NCBI GenBank assembly: GCA_002781265.1
Contig: PETS01000021.1
Coordinates: forward strand, 1 to 38,624
Length of the DNA stretch: 38,624 nucleotides
Source: Candidatus Falkowbacteria bacterium CG02_land_8_20_14_3_00_36_14
GTDB taxonomy: Bacteria > Patescibacteriota > Patescibacteriia > Patescibacteriales > UM-FILTER-36-11
Reading direction: 5' to 3'
Shown here in pieces: positions 10,401-18,671 of this stretch. How positions within the stretch are numbered: position 1 is the stretch's first letter; each line of letters begins with the position of its first letter. The notes under the pieces were generated by a model, which saw only the letters and a list, made by a program, of their open reading frames with translations, was not told the DNA's origin and ran no database searches. Position numbers and translations under genes: made by a program.

Positions 10401-13400
10401 AGTCGGCGCTACCTGTTTTAAAGCTGATAATATTGTTGGCCGCCAAAGCGTTGCCGGAAAGGTCGGTAACGCTCGTGGTAATCGTTAAAGTGTAGACCGT
10501 ATTGGAAGTCAAAGAATCGGTCGGCGAGAATTTGGCGGTGTTGGACATGGAATCGTATTTAATGGTTCCGGCCGCGCTTACCGTTCCTTTTTTTAAGGTA
10601 ACGCTTTGGGAATTAATAGTAGAAGGATTCATAGCTTCGGAAAAGCCAATTTCCATAGACGGGATAGCGACATCAACGACCGAGCCATTGCTGATGCCGT
10701 CGTTGTTTGTTGGATAAGATCCGGCTACGGTTGGAGGGGTTAAGTCAGCCGAGGAGCCGACTTGAAAACTGGAACTGAAAGACGATTGGGTTGCCAAGCA
10801 GGTATCAGGAGAAGTGGAGCAGTTCATCGGATTCCCAAGCCAAACTCCAAGCTGGCTTTTAACCGCGCCCATCACCCGCACTTCATACCAGCCACTGTTG
10901 GCAGAATTGGAATCCAAGGCAGTATGCGTCATAGTAACAATTTTTTTAGTGGCGTTATCTAAACTGACGCTGACGCTTTTATCCGTCACTTCCGTTGCGG
11001 TCCAGGAACTGACATTGGTGATTTTATAAAGTTTTAAATTAGTAGTGCTGATAGAAGTTGGATCCATCGGCTCGCTGAATTCAATCATAATAGCGGCCGA
11101 GGTAGGAATATTAAAAGATCCGGGAGTCGGATTGGTGCCGTTCACGAAAGGAGGCATAAACGCTCCGCCGCCGCCGAAGTTGCCGAAATCCATTCCGCCG
11201 CCGCCCCACATTCCGGTATTGTCGCCCATAGTACTAAACGAAAATTCATAGTTGCCGTTTGGTCGGTTTGAGTTTAAAGGATTGCTGTTCGTGTCTTTGA
11301 CCCCGGAAGTTATTACTGCCGTGTAAAAAGTGTTAGCCGAAAGGGCAGTGTCCGAATAGAAGCGGGCTTCATTAGCATAAGGGCTGGCGCTATAAACATA
11401 TTTTACTTTGCCGGCGATTTTAGTGTTGCCGTCGGCCGTAACATAAATATTTGAGCCGGCATTGGAAGCGTCCATATCGTCAATAGTGGCGGAGTTCATT
11501 TGATTAAAAAAGCTGATGACGATTGGCATTTGCCCTGATGCCATAGGAAGAGGAACGGTTGAGCAGTCGCCGGTACAGGCGATATTAAGAGGCGCCATCA
11601 TCATGCCGTCCATAGGCGCGGTCCAGGAAACTCCGCTCGCTCCGGAAGATCCGCCGGAAGAATTACTCATAAAGCCGGAAGATAAATATATTTGAAATCC
11701 CGAATCGCCGCGCATGACATCCTTTGATATGTCCATAAATCCGTTCTTAATAACTTTTATCCATTGCCAGCCCTCTGGTAAATTATTGTCGCCAAAAGTG
11801 AAGGCGCCGTTTGAGGTCGTGGTGGCGGTGGAAGTGGAAATGCCGTCAATAATTACGAAAGCGTCTTGCACCGGATTGCCGCTTGAATCATAGACAGTAC
11901 CGTTTAAGTCAGCAGTTGAATTAGAATCATTCCATGAAGTGGCAGAGATTATATCAATAGTAACCGGATTGGATTTGGCTGTTGTTTCCGTATCAGTCGG
12001 ATACATTCCCAAGAAAGTGTCATTACCAGTATCGTCAATCGCCCTTAAATAATATTGAATAGAAGTAGTGTCGTCCCAGCCGCCGTTCCAGGCGATAAAA
12101 CAGCGGTAAAGTCCGGTGTTGCCGGCCATGGCCGGTTGAACACAAGTGGAAGTGGCATTACCAAACGCTTGTGCATTAACTTTATAAGCAAGCTCAGCGG
12201 TTGCCAAAGTCCGATCGTCTCCCATGCGGGCGTAAAAAACAAGATTTCCTCCTTGAGGCGCTTGCCAAACCGGCATATGGTCAATCATCGGCGGGTTAGA
12301 ATCCGTGCCGCCGATTTCGGAAGTTAAAGTAGCCGGAGCCGAAGCAACGGCCGCGGATTTATTGCCGGCCATATCAATCGCTACCACATAAGCGCGATAA
12401 CTGCCGGTTGACAAAAGCGCGCCGGCGCTGTCAAAGGACATAGAAAAGCCGCTACCGGTGAAAGTGTATGTTGAAGCGGCCGAGCCGCCCTGCCACATAT
12501 ATTGGCCATAGGCAGTACTATAAACAGAGTGTACCGCCGTATTTAGCGCGACGCCGTCAAGCAATAAATATATTTCATATCTGTCAAAAGATGGATCAGA
12601 GGTTGAAGTCGGCGTCCAAACAATCCTGACATCCTCGCCTTGTAAGCCGTAATTAGAGCTGTCCGGATCATTTAAGGAGACATTAGTTGCCGCGGTTGGC
12701 GCTGTTCCGTCCCCGCCGGTGTTAGGCAAATTAGGAGTGGGGTTTGATAAATAAATCCAATCTCCGCTGGTATTATAGTCATTGCCGGTTGTTCCCATTC
12801 TGGCGATTGATTGGTTGTATTCACTATTGGGCTTAAAATCGCCGGTTGTCCATTGGCTGGCGGTTACCGCCGCCGCTTCACCGGCTTTGCTTGGACCGCA
12901 GTATTGAATGTAGTCAATAATTGTTGCGCCGGCATTTTTTAAAGTTATGTCGCCGCCAACAGTGGATATCGGCGTTCTTAAACCGGTATAAAGAGATCCT
13001 TGACCGTCAGAAGTATTGGCGTCATTTAATCCGGTTTGATTCCAGTAAATAGTGACAAAACTATTAGCCGTCATTGAAACATCAGGAATAGTATAAATTT
13101 GCGTGGTTGAAGTAGCTATATTCAGCGTCCAGTTGTTAATGGAAATAGAAGTTGAAGAAGCGTTATAAAGTTCAATCCAGGCCGAGCTGGTGGCAGTGTT
13201 GTATAAAATTTCATTAATAATTATATTTCTGCTCGCGGAAGATATGGCTTCGCTTTCCGTGGCCGATAATCTATTTTGCGGTCCGGCAAGACCGGCGGCT
13301 CGGGTGATAAAATCTCCGCTGTTGTTAGTCGTATCCGAACCATTGCCTTTACTGCTGTCAATGCCGGTAGCCATACTGGTTGGCGTTGAACTTGGATAGG

Positions 13401-14688
13401 CCTTGCGTTCCAGAGAGCCGTTGGCGGGCGGACTGACAACCGCCATGCCTTCAATTGTCTGTGTTTGGTTTCCCCAGCCGACTTTATCAATAACCATGGC
13501 GTCAATAGTGGTAGAAGTGGAAATGTAAACGCCGCCGTTAGGCGCCAGCCCGTTAGTCGTCGCGTCATAGGTCGCGTCCGGCGTTCCATAGGCCGCGGCC
13601 CAATTAGTATTCCAATCAGTAGACGCGATTAAAAAATATCCTTTGGCCGGAATGTCATCTCCGGTGTCATTATTAGTAGTTAAAGTTAATGTCTTATTGG
13701 TAGTGGTGCCGGTACAGCCAGCGCCCGTACAGTCAACAATATGCAGATTAAGATTTCCCGAGATAGCGCCGGTTGCGTTGGCAATTCCATTAGCAGGAAT
13801 TAAATCATATGACTGATCTGTCTTATTATATATCTCAATAAATTCAACATTCGCGGTAGAAGAAGCGATTTGCACTTCGGAAATTGCCAAAGGCGCGCTC
13901 ATCTGCATATTATCGCCGCCGCCTTCCGTGCCTAAAGTTACCATTCCGAACCATCTGCCCATTGATTCGCTCGGCCAGTTGGTTATAGAAGCGGAAGTTA
14001 CGTCTACGCCATTTTGAGGAATTTTAGTTGTGAATTTATGCAAGGTGGCGGCGTTAATATCCGCCGCGCTAGCCGCGACAAAAATCACCAGTGGAGCGGT
14101 AAAAGAAACGGGAATAGTTAAGTTTAAATTGGAAAATACGGTTTGCGAAACACTAAAGGTGCCGCCGTACGGGTCAGTGATTGTCTGAGTTGTCCAGTCG
14201 CCGGCTTTTGTTGCCGTGGTTGAGGAAATTAAAGTGTCTTGATTGGTTTCAAAATTGCCGTCCCCGTCGTCAAGCCATAATGATATGCCGGAAGTCGTAG
14301 TTGTCGCCAAAGCGTTTAAATCAGCGGCGACGCTAAAAGGGCTGGCCGTGCACGGTCCGCCGCCCATCGGGCAATTCATGCCGGCTTGAAGCTGGAGAGT
14401 AATGCCGTTAAGTCGGTTAGTGCCGGCCGTGGTGTCGTAAGCCGTAATTTTAATAATTGATTCCGGCGTGGACGTGGCGTCCAAAAATACGTCCGGTGTC
14501 GCGCCGCCGTCGTTGGTGTACTGGGCGTCAATGCCGCCGGCCGCGCTGGCATCGGGCACGTAATTTATAAAAGGAATGCTGACGCTCCACAGGACCATAG
14601 TAATAATTACCAGCCATACTGTAAATTTTTTAGAAAAATTTTTTAATTTGCCAAGCAGATGCTTAGCCATTGATTTGTTTAAATGCAT
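7453..14688 (-). CDS. giant secreted/anchored mosaic surface protein (2 lamin-tail domains, Big_5/SbsA-type Ig repeats, CarboxypepD_reg repeats)
   Basis: 2,411-aa ORF with an ATG preceded by a strong SD and an N-terminal hydrophobic anchor FTVWLVIITMVLWSVSIPF...ASAAG. LTD motifs are ISEVQIASSTANVEFIEIYN and IIINEILYNTATSSAWIELYN. FSEPMD/FSEAMNP/FSEPMN motifs mark Ig-like repeats. Confidence 0.9.
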   Translation of the reverse strand: MHLNKSMAKHLLGKLKNFSKKFTVWLVIITMVLWSVSIPFINYVPDASAAGGIDAQYTNDGGATPDVFLDATSTPESIIKITAYDTTAGTNRLNGITLQLQAGMNCPMGGGPCTASPFSVAADLNALATTTTSGISLWLDDGDGNFETNQDTLISSTTATKAGDWTTQTITDPYGGTFSVSQTVFSNLNLTIPVSFTAPLVIFVAASAADINAATLHKFTTKIPQNGVDVTSASITNWPSESMGRWFGMVTLGTEGGGDNMQMSAPLAISEVQIASSTANVEFIEIYNKTDQSYDLIPANGIANATGAISGNLNLHIVDCTGAGCTGTTTNKTLTLTTNNDTGDDIPAKGYFLIASTDWNTNWAAAYGTPDATYDATTNGLAPNGGVYISTSTTIDAMVIDKVGWGNQTQTIEGMAVVSPPANGSLERKAYPSSTPTSMATGIDSSKGNGSDTTNNSGDFITRAAGLAGPQNRLSATESEAISSASRNIIINEILYNTATSSAWIELYNASSTSISINNWTLNIATSTTQIYTIPDVSMTANSFVTIYWNQTGLNDANTSDGQGSLYTGLRTPISTVGGDITLKNAGATIIDYIQYCGPSKAGEAAAVTASQWTTGDFKPNSEYNQSIARMGTTGNDYNTSGDWIYLSNPTPNLPNTGGDGTAPTAATNVSLNDPDSSNYGLQGEDVRIVWTPTSTSDPSFDRYEIYLLLDGVALNTAVHSVYSTAYGQYMWQGGSAASTYTFTGSGFSMSFDSAGALLSTGSYRAYVVAIDMAGNKSAAVASAPATLTSEIGGTDSNPPMIDHMPVWQAPQGGNLVFYARMGDDRTLATAELAYKVNAQAFGNATSTCVQPAMAGNTGLYRCFIAWNGGWDDTTSIQYYLRAIDDTGNDTFLGMYPTDTETTAKSNPVTIDIISATSWNDSNSTADLNGTVYDSSGNPVQDAFVIIDGISTSTATTTSNGAFTFGDNNLPEGWQWIKVIKNGFMDISKDVMRGDSGFQIYLSSGFMSNSSGGSSGASGVSWTAPMDGMMMAPLNIACTGDCSTVPLPMASGQMPIVISFFNQMNSATIDDMDASNAGSNIYVTADGNTKIAGKVKYVYSASPYANEARFYSDTALSANTFYTAVITSGVKDTNSNPLNSNRPNGNYEFSFSTMGDNTGMWGGGGMDFGNFGGGGAFMPPFVNGTNPTPGSFNIPTSAAIMIEFSEPMDPTSISTTNLKLYKITNVSSWTATEVTDKSVSVSLDNATKKIVTMTHTALDSNSANSGWYEVRVMGAVKSQLGVWLGNPMNCSTSPDTCLATQSSFSSSFQVGSSADLTPPTVAGSYPTNNDGISNGSVVDVAIPSMEIGFSEAMNPSTINSQSVTLKKGTVSAAGTIKYDSMSNTAKFSPTDSLTSNTVYTLTITTSVTDLSGNALAANNIISFKTGSADSNTPEVLYANGDDYQIAVTFSEPMNAASKTETGWTTSVLNPANYYLNTLASGACSTPGSWSCSATAVAPYDTVGGNQMSTLTGVTLSYDAYTQTVTLKGIDMCGDQIFDDCASDSFQIFVDNATDRSGNAITDTGNRAGSATHNNGSHNPIKDSAETYGMLGPSGGGMMASGGGPISGATTNSGPGMDMGKMGMFGGGAFPMNGMAGQTSNYFIDIPVTIALQDGMQIVLTFPNGFNVTGVSKDSFSPVNNDMNNQGGGTITFDATLSPGVGGVASTSNTVITVKLDIATSSSNMLNTATGPDGFIDFLHFDLKGIINSSVPKGFGTSGYSVDIKTKSSDGGLLENIMTMPFFISESGSDSLTVVVNTNNVNQDDGTASIYLGSFMTGPMEADTTTFSNDIGTSTFFNLISGDYMLFTDPYVTIGSNSYLGKTMPEFIAVSGATSKSITLEQDAAGAGKAAVTVYLSGDYSTSGVADDVDIFANSPSAFKVKTLNDVGNTNPNATFYLTEGSWSIGVGPAMPKGPMAGPSPMPDWMPPMMVNVTVGIETATSRALDPDGDSSNAAIGNTEPVQLNMANTNNLQVGDVVTFATGAAAATTTITSLIINTSITVTPQGNWSALPAANDTITSVRETSGGNNDKKIFFNISGQTLMTINGFVIDDSGNGMGSAEVYAYQPQNFGNSHATADTNGKFTLKITSTGNWTIGAFKPGMPNSQEKSVNVITNSVGMDGNTTADVYLNGMIISDASNNNAGTNPLRLKLKRPAYTISGKVLNSSGQAVPNAPVWAYVSGGTEHSDTMTDSSGNYILYVDNGLWTIEADAPGVGWLQYDSAVTVNSANQSNINLRPVTGVSFYNISGTVTIDGSAQTYMPIRAVKYTDANSDGTPETLAGREYFASTDANGAYTISAPTGYYRVDIWTPNYGENELDYDQFANSQANLNLSAATTTANITVAAADLQVISLQFNNGTAGQHGFLFVEEVAY

Positions 14689-14693
14689 ATTTT

Positions 14694-14701
14694 TCCTCCT
14701 T
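14694..14701 (-). promoter_or_regulatory. Shine-Dalgarno of giant gene (AAGGAGGA)
   Basis: The reverse complement reads caAGGAGGAaaaatATG, a 5-nt spacer before the ATG at 14688. Confidence 0.75.
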
Positions 14702-14765
14702 GATTATAATTGTTTATTCCCCTGTGCCAAGAGCGCAGGGCGAAACTATTATTTAATATTTAAAA

Positions 14766-15086
14766 TTAATTATTGTTATTATCAACCGGTTGTAGCCGGT
14801 ATAATATAGATGACAGGCGCATTATGTTTGACTGCAATGAATTTAATTTTTCGTTTAATTGCTTCTGCTGATTTTCTATAGTTGCTACGCGGAAGTTTGT
14901 TTGTTCAGTTAAATATTTAGAATTTTTATTCTGAAAAAAAATAATACTGACCAAAAAGAATTGAATCAGCATTAAGATAATAATAAAAATATAAGTAGAT
15001 TTGGAATTTAGAATTTTAACAAAAATGTTGTTTAATCCTTTCCTCCTTGAGAAATTAAACATAAAGCATAGTAAAAAATAATACAA
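14766..15086 (-). CDS. hypothetical small membrane/coiled-coil protein (start uncertain)
   Basis: One hydrophobic helix (TYIFIIILMLIQFFLVSIIFF) followed by a heptad-like QQKQLNEKLNSLQSNIMRL. The alternative internal Met start MLIQFF is possible. No homology recognised. Confidence 0.35.
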   Translation of the reverse strand: MYYFLLCFMFNFSRRKGLNNIFVKILNSKSTYIFIIILMLIQFFLVSIIFFQNKNSKYLTEQTNFRVATIENQQKQLNEKLNSLQSNIMRLSSILYRLQPVDNNNN

Positions 15087-15189
15087 AAATTCTTAAATAA
15101 TTTTTTAGAAATTTAAATATTATTATTTTTAATTATTAAGGCAATTTGTTTGTGGATAACTTATTATATTATAACATTTTTTAGCAAAT

Positions 15190-15221
15190 ATTAAAAATAA
15201 AAACATCAATAAAGATGTTTT
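15190..15221 (-). terminator. weak AT-rich terminator-like hairpin after HTH gene
   Basis: AAAACATC-AATAAA-GATGTTTT (15200-15221) followed on the minus strand by TATTTTTAAT. Confidence 0.3.
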
Positions 15222-15246
15222 AAAAGGATATATGATTATTTTTTAA

Positions 15247-15651
15247 TCATTCTTCCCACTTTTCCACGTATTGGCCGATGCCGAAATCATTAAATTTGTT
15301 TTTCAGTTTGGTTTTTTTATATAAGTATTTTATAATTGAGGTAATTTCAATCAAATAGCGGTTGCCTTTGACTTTGTACTTTACGGCCCTTGACTGGATT
15401 GCCCGGCGGATAGTTTTATTTTGCACGCCCCCTATTTTAGCCGCCTCGGAAACAGACAACCAAACGGGATTATTGATAGATTTATTTAATATATCTTCTC
15501 CTTTAATTTTATGCTTTTTTATCCGTTTGGGCTTATCAGTAAAAATATAGTTTTTTTTCCGCTTGCCACTCTGGCTTGAATTTTTTATATTAGAGCCCTC
15601 TTTATTATTTAGAGTTTCATTTAATTGTTTTAGTTCTGATTTTAAATCCAT
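15247..15651 (-). CDS. excisionase/MerR-type helix-turn-helix DNA-binding protein
   Basis: 134 aa. WLSVSEAAKIGGVQNKTIRRAIQSRAVKYKVKGNRYLIE matches the HTH_17-like pattern, and the N-terminal half is basic. Confidence 0.75.
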   Translation of the reverse strand: MDLKSELKQLNETLNNKEGSNIKNSSQSGKRKKNYIFTDKPKRIKKHKIKGEDILNKSINNPVWLSVSEAAKIGGVQNKTIRRAIQSRAVKYKVKGNRYLIEITSIIKYLYKKTKLKNKFNDFGIGQYVEKWEE

Positions 15652-15658
15652 ATTATTT

Positions 15659-15686
15659 CTTTAGTCCACAATAATGTAGACTAAAG
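15659..15686. promoter_or_regulatory. inverted repeat CTTTAGTCCACA-ATAA-TGTAGACTAAAG (operator-like)
   Basis: Arms match 11/12 and the repeat starts 8 nt upstream of the HTH gene ATG (15651). Confidence 0.45.
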
Positions 15687-15701
15687 TATAAATAAATTAT
15701 T

Positions 15702-15761
15702 AAATTGCTATATTTTTGGGAATATATCAAAAAGGAAATTAAGTTAATTATATAGCAATTT
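15702..15761. repeat. 12-bp perfect inverted repeat pair AAATTGCTATAT / ATATAGCAATTT
   Basis: Arms at 15702-15713 and 15750-15761, separated by 36 bp. Confidence 0.5.
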
Positions 15762-15768
15762 TATTGAT

Positions 15769-15795
15769 TTTAGTCCACTACTACCTAGACTTAAG
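15769..15795. promoter_or_regulatory. second, degenerate copy of the TTTAGTCCAC...TAGACT(T)AAG site
   Basis: TTTAGTCCAC-TACTACC-TAGACTTAAG, about 110 bp from the first copy. Confidence 0.35.
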
Positions 15796-16164
15796 TTTTA
15801 TTATTAAACATATTCTCATAATGTAATAAAAAATGCAAGGGTTTAAGATCACGCGACACAAAACATGCAATATAAAATAATTTAAAAAATTATTAAATAA
15901 AAATAAATAAATGTTATATGTTTTATGCTATTTGTTATGGGATTTAATTTGATTTATATTTGCTTATATGTTATTTTATATTATATTGTTGATAAATAAT
16001 ATATCATTATTATTATAAACAATATCAATATTTATATATATTAAAACATTTAAAAAAGACTAATAAAATAGGGTTAAATAGGGTTATTAAGCCCTTAATT
16101 TTTTATTTAATAGTTTTATTATTCAAGCAACTGTAACATAATATTAATTATCACGAATAATTAA

Positions 16165-16737
16165 ATGAAAGCAAGCAAAATACAAGAAAAAATACTATTT
16201 TCCAGGCTAAAAGGAAAAGATAAAGACGCTTTCGTTAAAGTATATGACCTTTATTTAGATAATATCTATCGTTTTATATATTTTAAAATCGGGAACGAAA
16301 CTGAAGCGCAAGACTTAACTTCAACGGTTTTTTTGAAAGCCTGGAATTATATTCAGAGCAAAGGCATTGCCGAGTATAAAACATTAAAGTCATTAATATA
16401 TAAAATAGCGCGCAACACGGTAATTGACCATTATAGAAAAAACCAAAACGTTAATAGCATTTCTATAGATGGTGAGAGGGGGAATACTGATATAGAAGAT
16501 AAGAAGCAGGATATAGCGAGAAACGTCGAGATAAAGTCAGATTATAATTTAATCCAAAAAAAATTATTGGATTTAAAAGACGAATACCGCGAAGTGATCA
16601 TTTTGTATTATATAGAAGAGATGTCAGTGGGAGAAATTTCTAAAATTTTAGATAAGTCCAGGGGAAATATCAGAGTATTGGTTTTTCGGGCATTAAAAGC
16701 ATTAAAGGAGCTCATAGAAGAAGAAAATAAAAAATAG
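16165..16737 (+). CDS. ECF-type RNA polymerase sigma-70 family factor
   Basis: 190 aa. Region 2 reads YRFIYFKIGNETEAQDLTSTVFLKAW and region 4 HTH reads EYREVIILYYIEEMSVGEISKILDKSRGNIRVLVFRAL. Confidence 0.9.
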   Translation: MKASKIQEKILFSRLKGKDKDAFVKVYDLYLDNIYRFIYFKIGNETEAQDLTSTVFLKAWNYIQSKGIAEYKTLKSLIYKIARNTVIDHYRKNQNVNSISIDGERGNTDIEDKKQDIARNVEIKSDYNLIQKKLLDLKDEYREVIILYYIEEMSVGEISKILDKSRGNIRVLVFRALKALKELIEEENKK

Positions 16738-16754
16738 GTTATTTGATATAAACT

Positions 16755-17729
16755 ATGAACGAAAAAGAATTCTCTACTCAATTAAATAAATTAAAACTAA
16801 TAAAACCCGACCGCCAGTGGAAAAAGGCGAGCCGGGATATTTTGTATAGCCAAATTTACAATACATCGGTTAGCCAAGAAGTGAAGGAAGCGGCGGAAGT
16901 AAAAAATACATATTTATATTATTTTATTAATTATCTGCCTAAGCGGATTTTCAAGCATGCCTCCCAGCCGGTCTGGACAGTGGCGGCGATAATAATCTTG
17001 GTTTTTAGCGGGGGTGTTGCCAGCTTAAAAGCGGCTAATAACTCCAAGCCGGGGGATTCATTATACATAGCTAAAATAATTAGCGAAAAAACTCAGCTGG
17101 CTTTGACTTTCAATGAAAAGGACAAAGCCAAATTAAGCATTGAGTTTGCCGGCAACCGGGTTGAAGAAATTAATCAGGTGATCGCCGAGCCGGGCGATGG
17201 CAAGAAAAAAGACAAGGTTGATAAATTAACCATTAATTTTAAAAAAGAAATAGATGCGGCTAAGAAAAGATTGGCTAAAATATCCGCCAGCGCTCCGGCC
17301 AAGGAAGATAAAAGCGATGCTACTCCGGCGGACAATCAAGCCGATGAAGATTCACTGGTCTTTGGCGCCAATTTAGGCAAAGACGATAAAGGCATGCAGA
17401 TTTCAGACAACAGCTCCAATAATAATAATGAACCAACGGCAGTTAAAACAGATGATGCTCTTTCTCTGGAAGCTGTTTCAACTTCAACTCCGGTTGTTGC
17501 CGAAGAAGTTTCCGCGGACAATGCTGGCAATTTGCAGGATGCTTTAAAAGAGGCCGGGCAATTAATTGATGATGAAGATTACGGCGCCACTTTAACTAAA
17601 TTGGACGAAGCTAATGTCATTATGGATAAAGTAAGCGGAATTAATAAGCCGGACAGCCAAACAGCGGATAGCAATGCCAATTCCGGGACTGCCAGCTCTT
17701 CTGAAGCGATTGAAGGCGAAGTAAAATAA
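16755..17729 (+). CDS. single-pass membrane protein with DUF5667-like domain (putative anti-sigma/sigma-partner)
   Basis: It sits 17 nt downstream of the sigma gene. It has a TM helix VWTVAAIIILVFSGGVASL and the PGDSLYIAKIISEKTQLALTFNEKDKAKLSIEFAGNRVEE pattern recalled from DUF5667. The C-terminus is acidic and low-complexity. No zinc anti-sigma motif. Confidence 0.7.
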   Translation: MNEKEFSTQLNKLKLIKPDRQWKKASRDILYSQIYNTSVSQEVKEAAEVKNTYLYYFINYLPKRIFKHASQPVWTVAAIIILVFSGGVASLKAANNSKPGDSLYIAKIISEKTQLALTFNEKDKAKLSIEFAGNRVEEINQVIAEPGDGKKKDKVDKLTINFKKEIDAAKKRLAKISASAPAKEDKSDATPADNQADEDSLVFGANLGKDDKGMQISDNSSNNNNEPTAVKTDDALSLEAVSTSTPVVAEEVSADNAGNLQDALKEAGQLIDDEDYGATLTKLDEANVIMDKVSGINKPDSQTADSNANSGTASSSEAIEGEVK

Positions 17730-17804
17730 TCAAGGAGCAGTTAATTAAAATATAAAAGCAAGTTTAATAGAGAAATAAAAAAAAATAAATATTTTATTTA
17801 AGTT

Positions 17805-18611
17805 ATGGCGCATACTTTTGACGAACGGCTTATCGTGAATAAAGATACTAAAAAGAGCATTATATACAATGAGCATTTAATCCGCTACGGATTGGCCAAG
17901 AAGTTTGTTAAAGGAAAAATAGTATTGGATATCGCTTGCGGTTCCGGATACGGAGCAAAAATATTAGCAGCTGCCGGGGCGCGAAAAGTAGTAGCGGTTG
18001 ATATTGATCAGCAAGCGATTAATTCGGCCAAAGAAAATTATTATCATAAAAATATTGAATATACAGCCGGCGATGCGGAAAAGATTAGGAAAGACAGTAA
18101 AACATTTGACGTTGTTGTTTCTTTTGAGACGATTGAACATTTAAAAAATCCGGATAAATTCTTATCCGAAATATCAAGAGTAATAAAAGATGAAGGACTA
18201 GCGATTATTTCTACGCCTAATCAAGATGTAAGCCATGAAAAAAATCCATTTCATTTCCACGAATTCAGGCGGAATGAATTTGAAAGTATTATCAGCAAGC
18301 ATTTTAAAAGATATAAAATATTAGAGCAGAATAACGGCATTGCCAGCTGCATAGCGCCGGAAAATAAATTATCTGACAGAACGGGGGAAATCATCATAAC
18401 CGAAAATGGATGCCAGCCAATTTATTTTATCGCAGTTTGCTCTAAAAGCAGTTTATCCGATAAATTAAATAATAACTTTGATATTATCAGCGTTAATTTC
18501 GGTTCGTTGCAAAATTTATATAATAATATAGGCATGAAAATAGCTGACAAAATATATTCTATAGCAATAAAAATTCCCGGAGTTAAAAAATTGTTAGGAA
18601 AGATTAAATAA
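17805..18611 (+). CDS. class I SAM-dependent methyltransferase
   Basis: Motif I VLDIACGSGYGAKIL, then the acidic residue in VAVDID, then VVVSFETIEHL. Confidence 0.85.
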   Translation: MAHTFDERLIVNKDTKKSIIYNEHLIRYGLAKKFVKGKIVLDIACGSGYGAKILAAAGARKVVAVDIDQQAINSAKENYYHKNIEYTAGDAEKIRKDSKTFDVVVSFETIEHLKNPDKFLSEISRVIKDEGLAIISTPNQDVSHEKNPFHFHEFRRNEFESIISKHFKRYKILEQNNGIASCIAPENKLSDRTGEIIITENGCQPIYFIAVCSKSSLSDKLNNNFDIISVNFGSLQNLYNNIGMKIADKIYSIAIKIPGVKKLLGKIK

Positions 18612-18671
18612 ATTGATAATTTAATGCCGATTAATTTGTTTAAGATGGAAAAAATACAGCTTAATCAAATT

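Noticed and set aside
14720-14740. GC-rich hairpin CCCTGTGC-CAAGA-GCGCAGGG between the small ORF and the giant gene's SD.
   Set aside because: It has no U-tract on either strand, so I cannot call it a terminator. It could be a 5'-UTR stabiliser, but nothing in the sequence discriminates between these roles.
7594-14809. About 15 plus-strand ORFs of 60-160 aa inside or overlapping the giant minus-strand gene (for example 8402-8884, 9634-10023, 12055-12327), and minus-strand alternate-frame ORFs (8235-8423, 12045-12284, 13221-13589).
   Set aside because: They are shadow ORFs of a long, compositionally biased CDS. Their translations are low-complexity (Pro/Ala/Ser/Val runs) with no starts, RBS or motifs of their own, and the 2,411-aa frame is continuous and domain-rich.
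4358-15159. Two perfect DnaA-box 9-mers TGTGGATAA (4358-4366 in the HU leader; 15151-15159), plus the very AT-rich 513-bp spacer at 15652-16164, as a possible oriC.
   Set aside because: There are only two isolated boxes about 11 kb apart, with no cluster. No dnaA/dnaN or other origin-linked genes are present. The TAGTCCACA motifs in the AT-rich spacer differ from the box at 2 or more positions. By rough estimate chance alone would give a fraction of one exact 9-mer hit in 77 kb of two-strand sequence, so two hits are not compelling.
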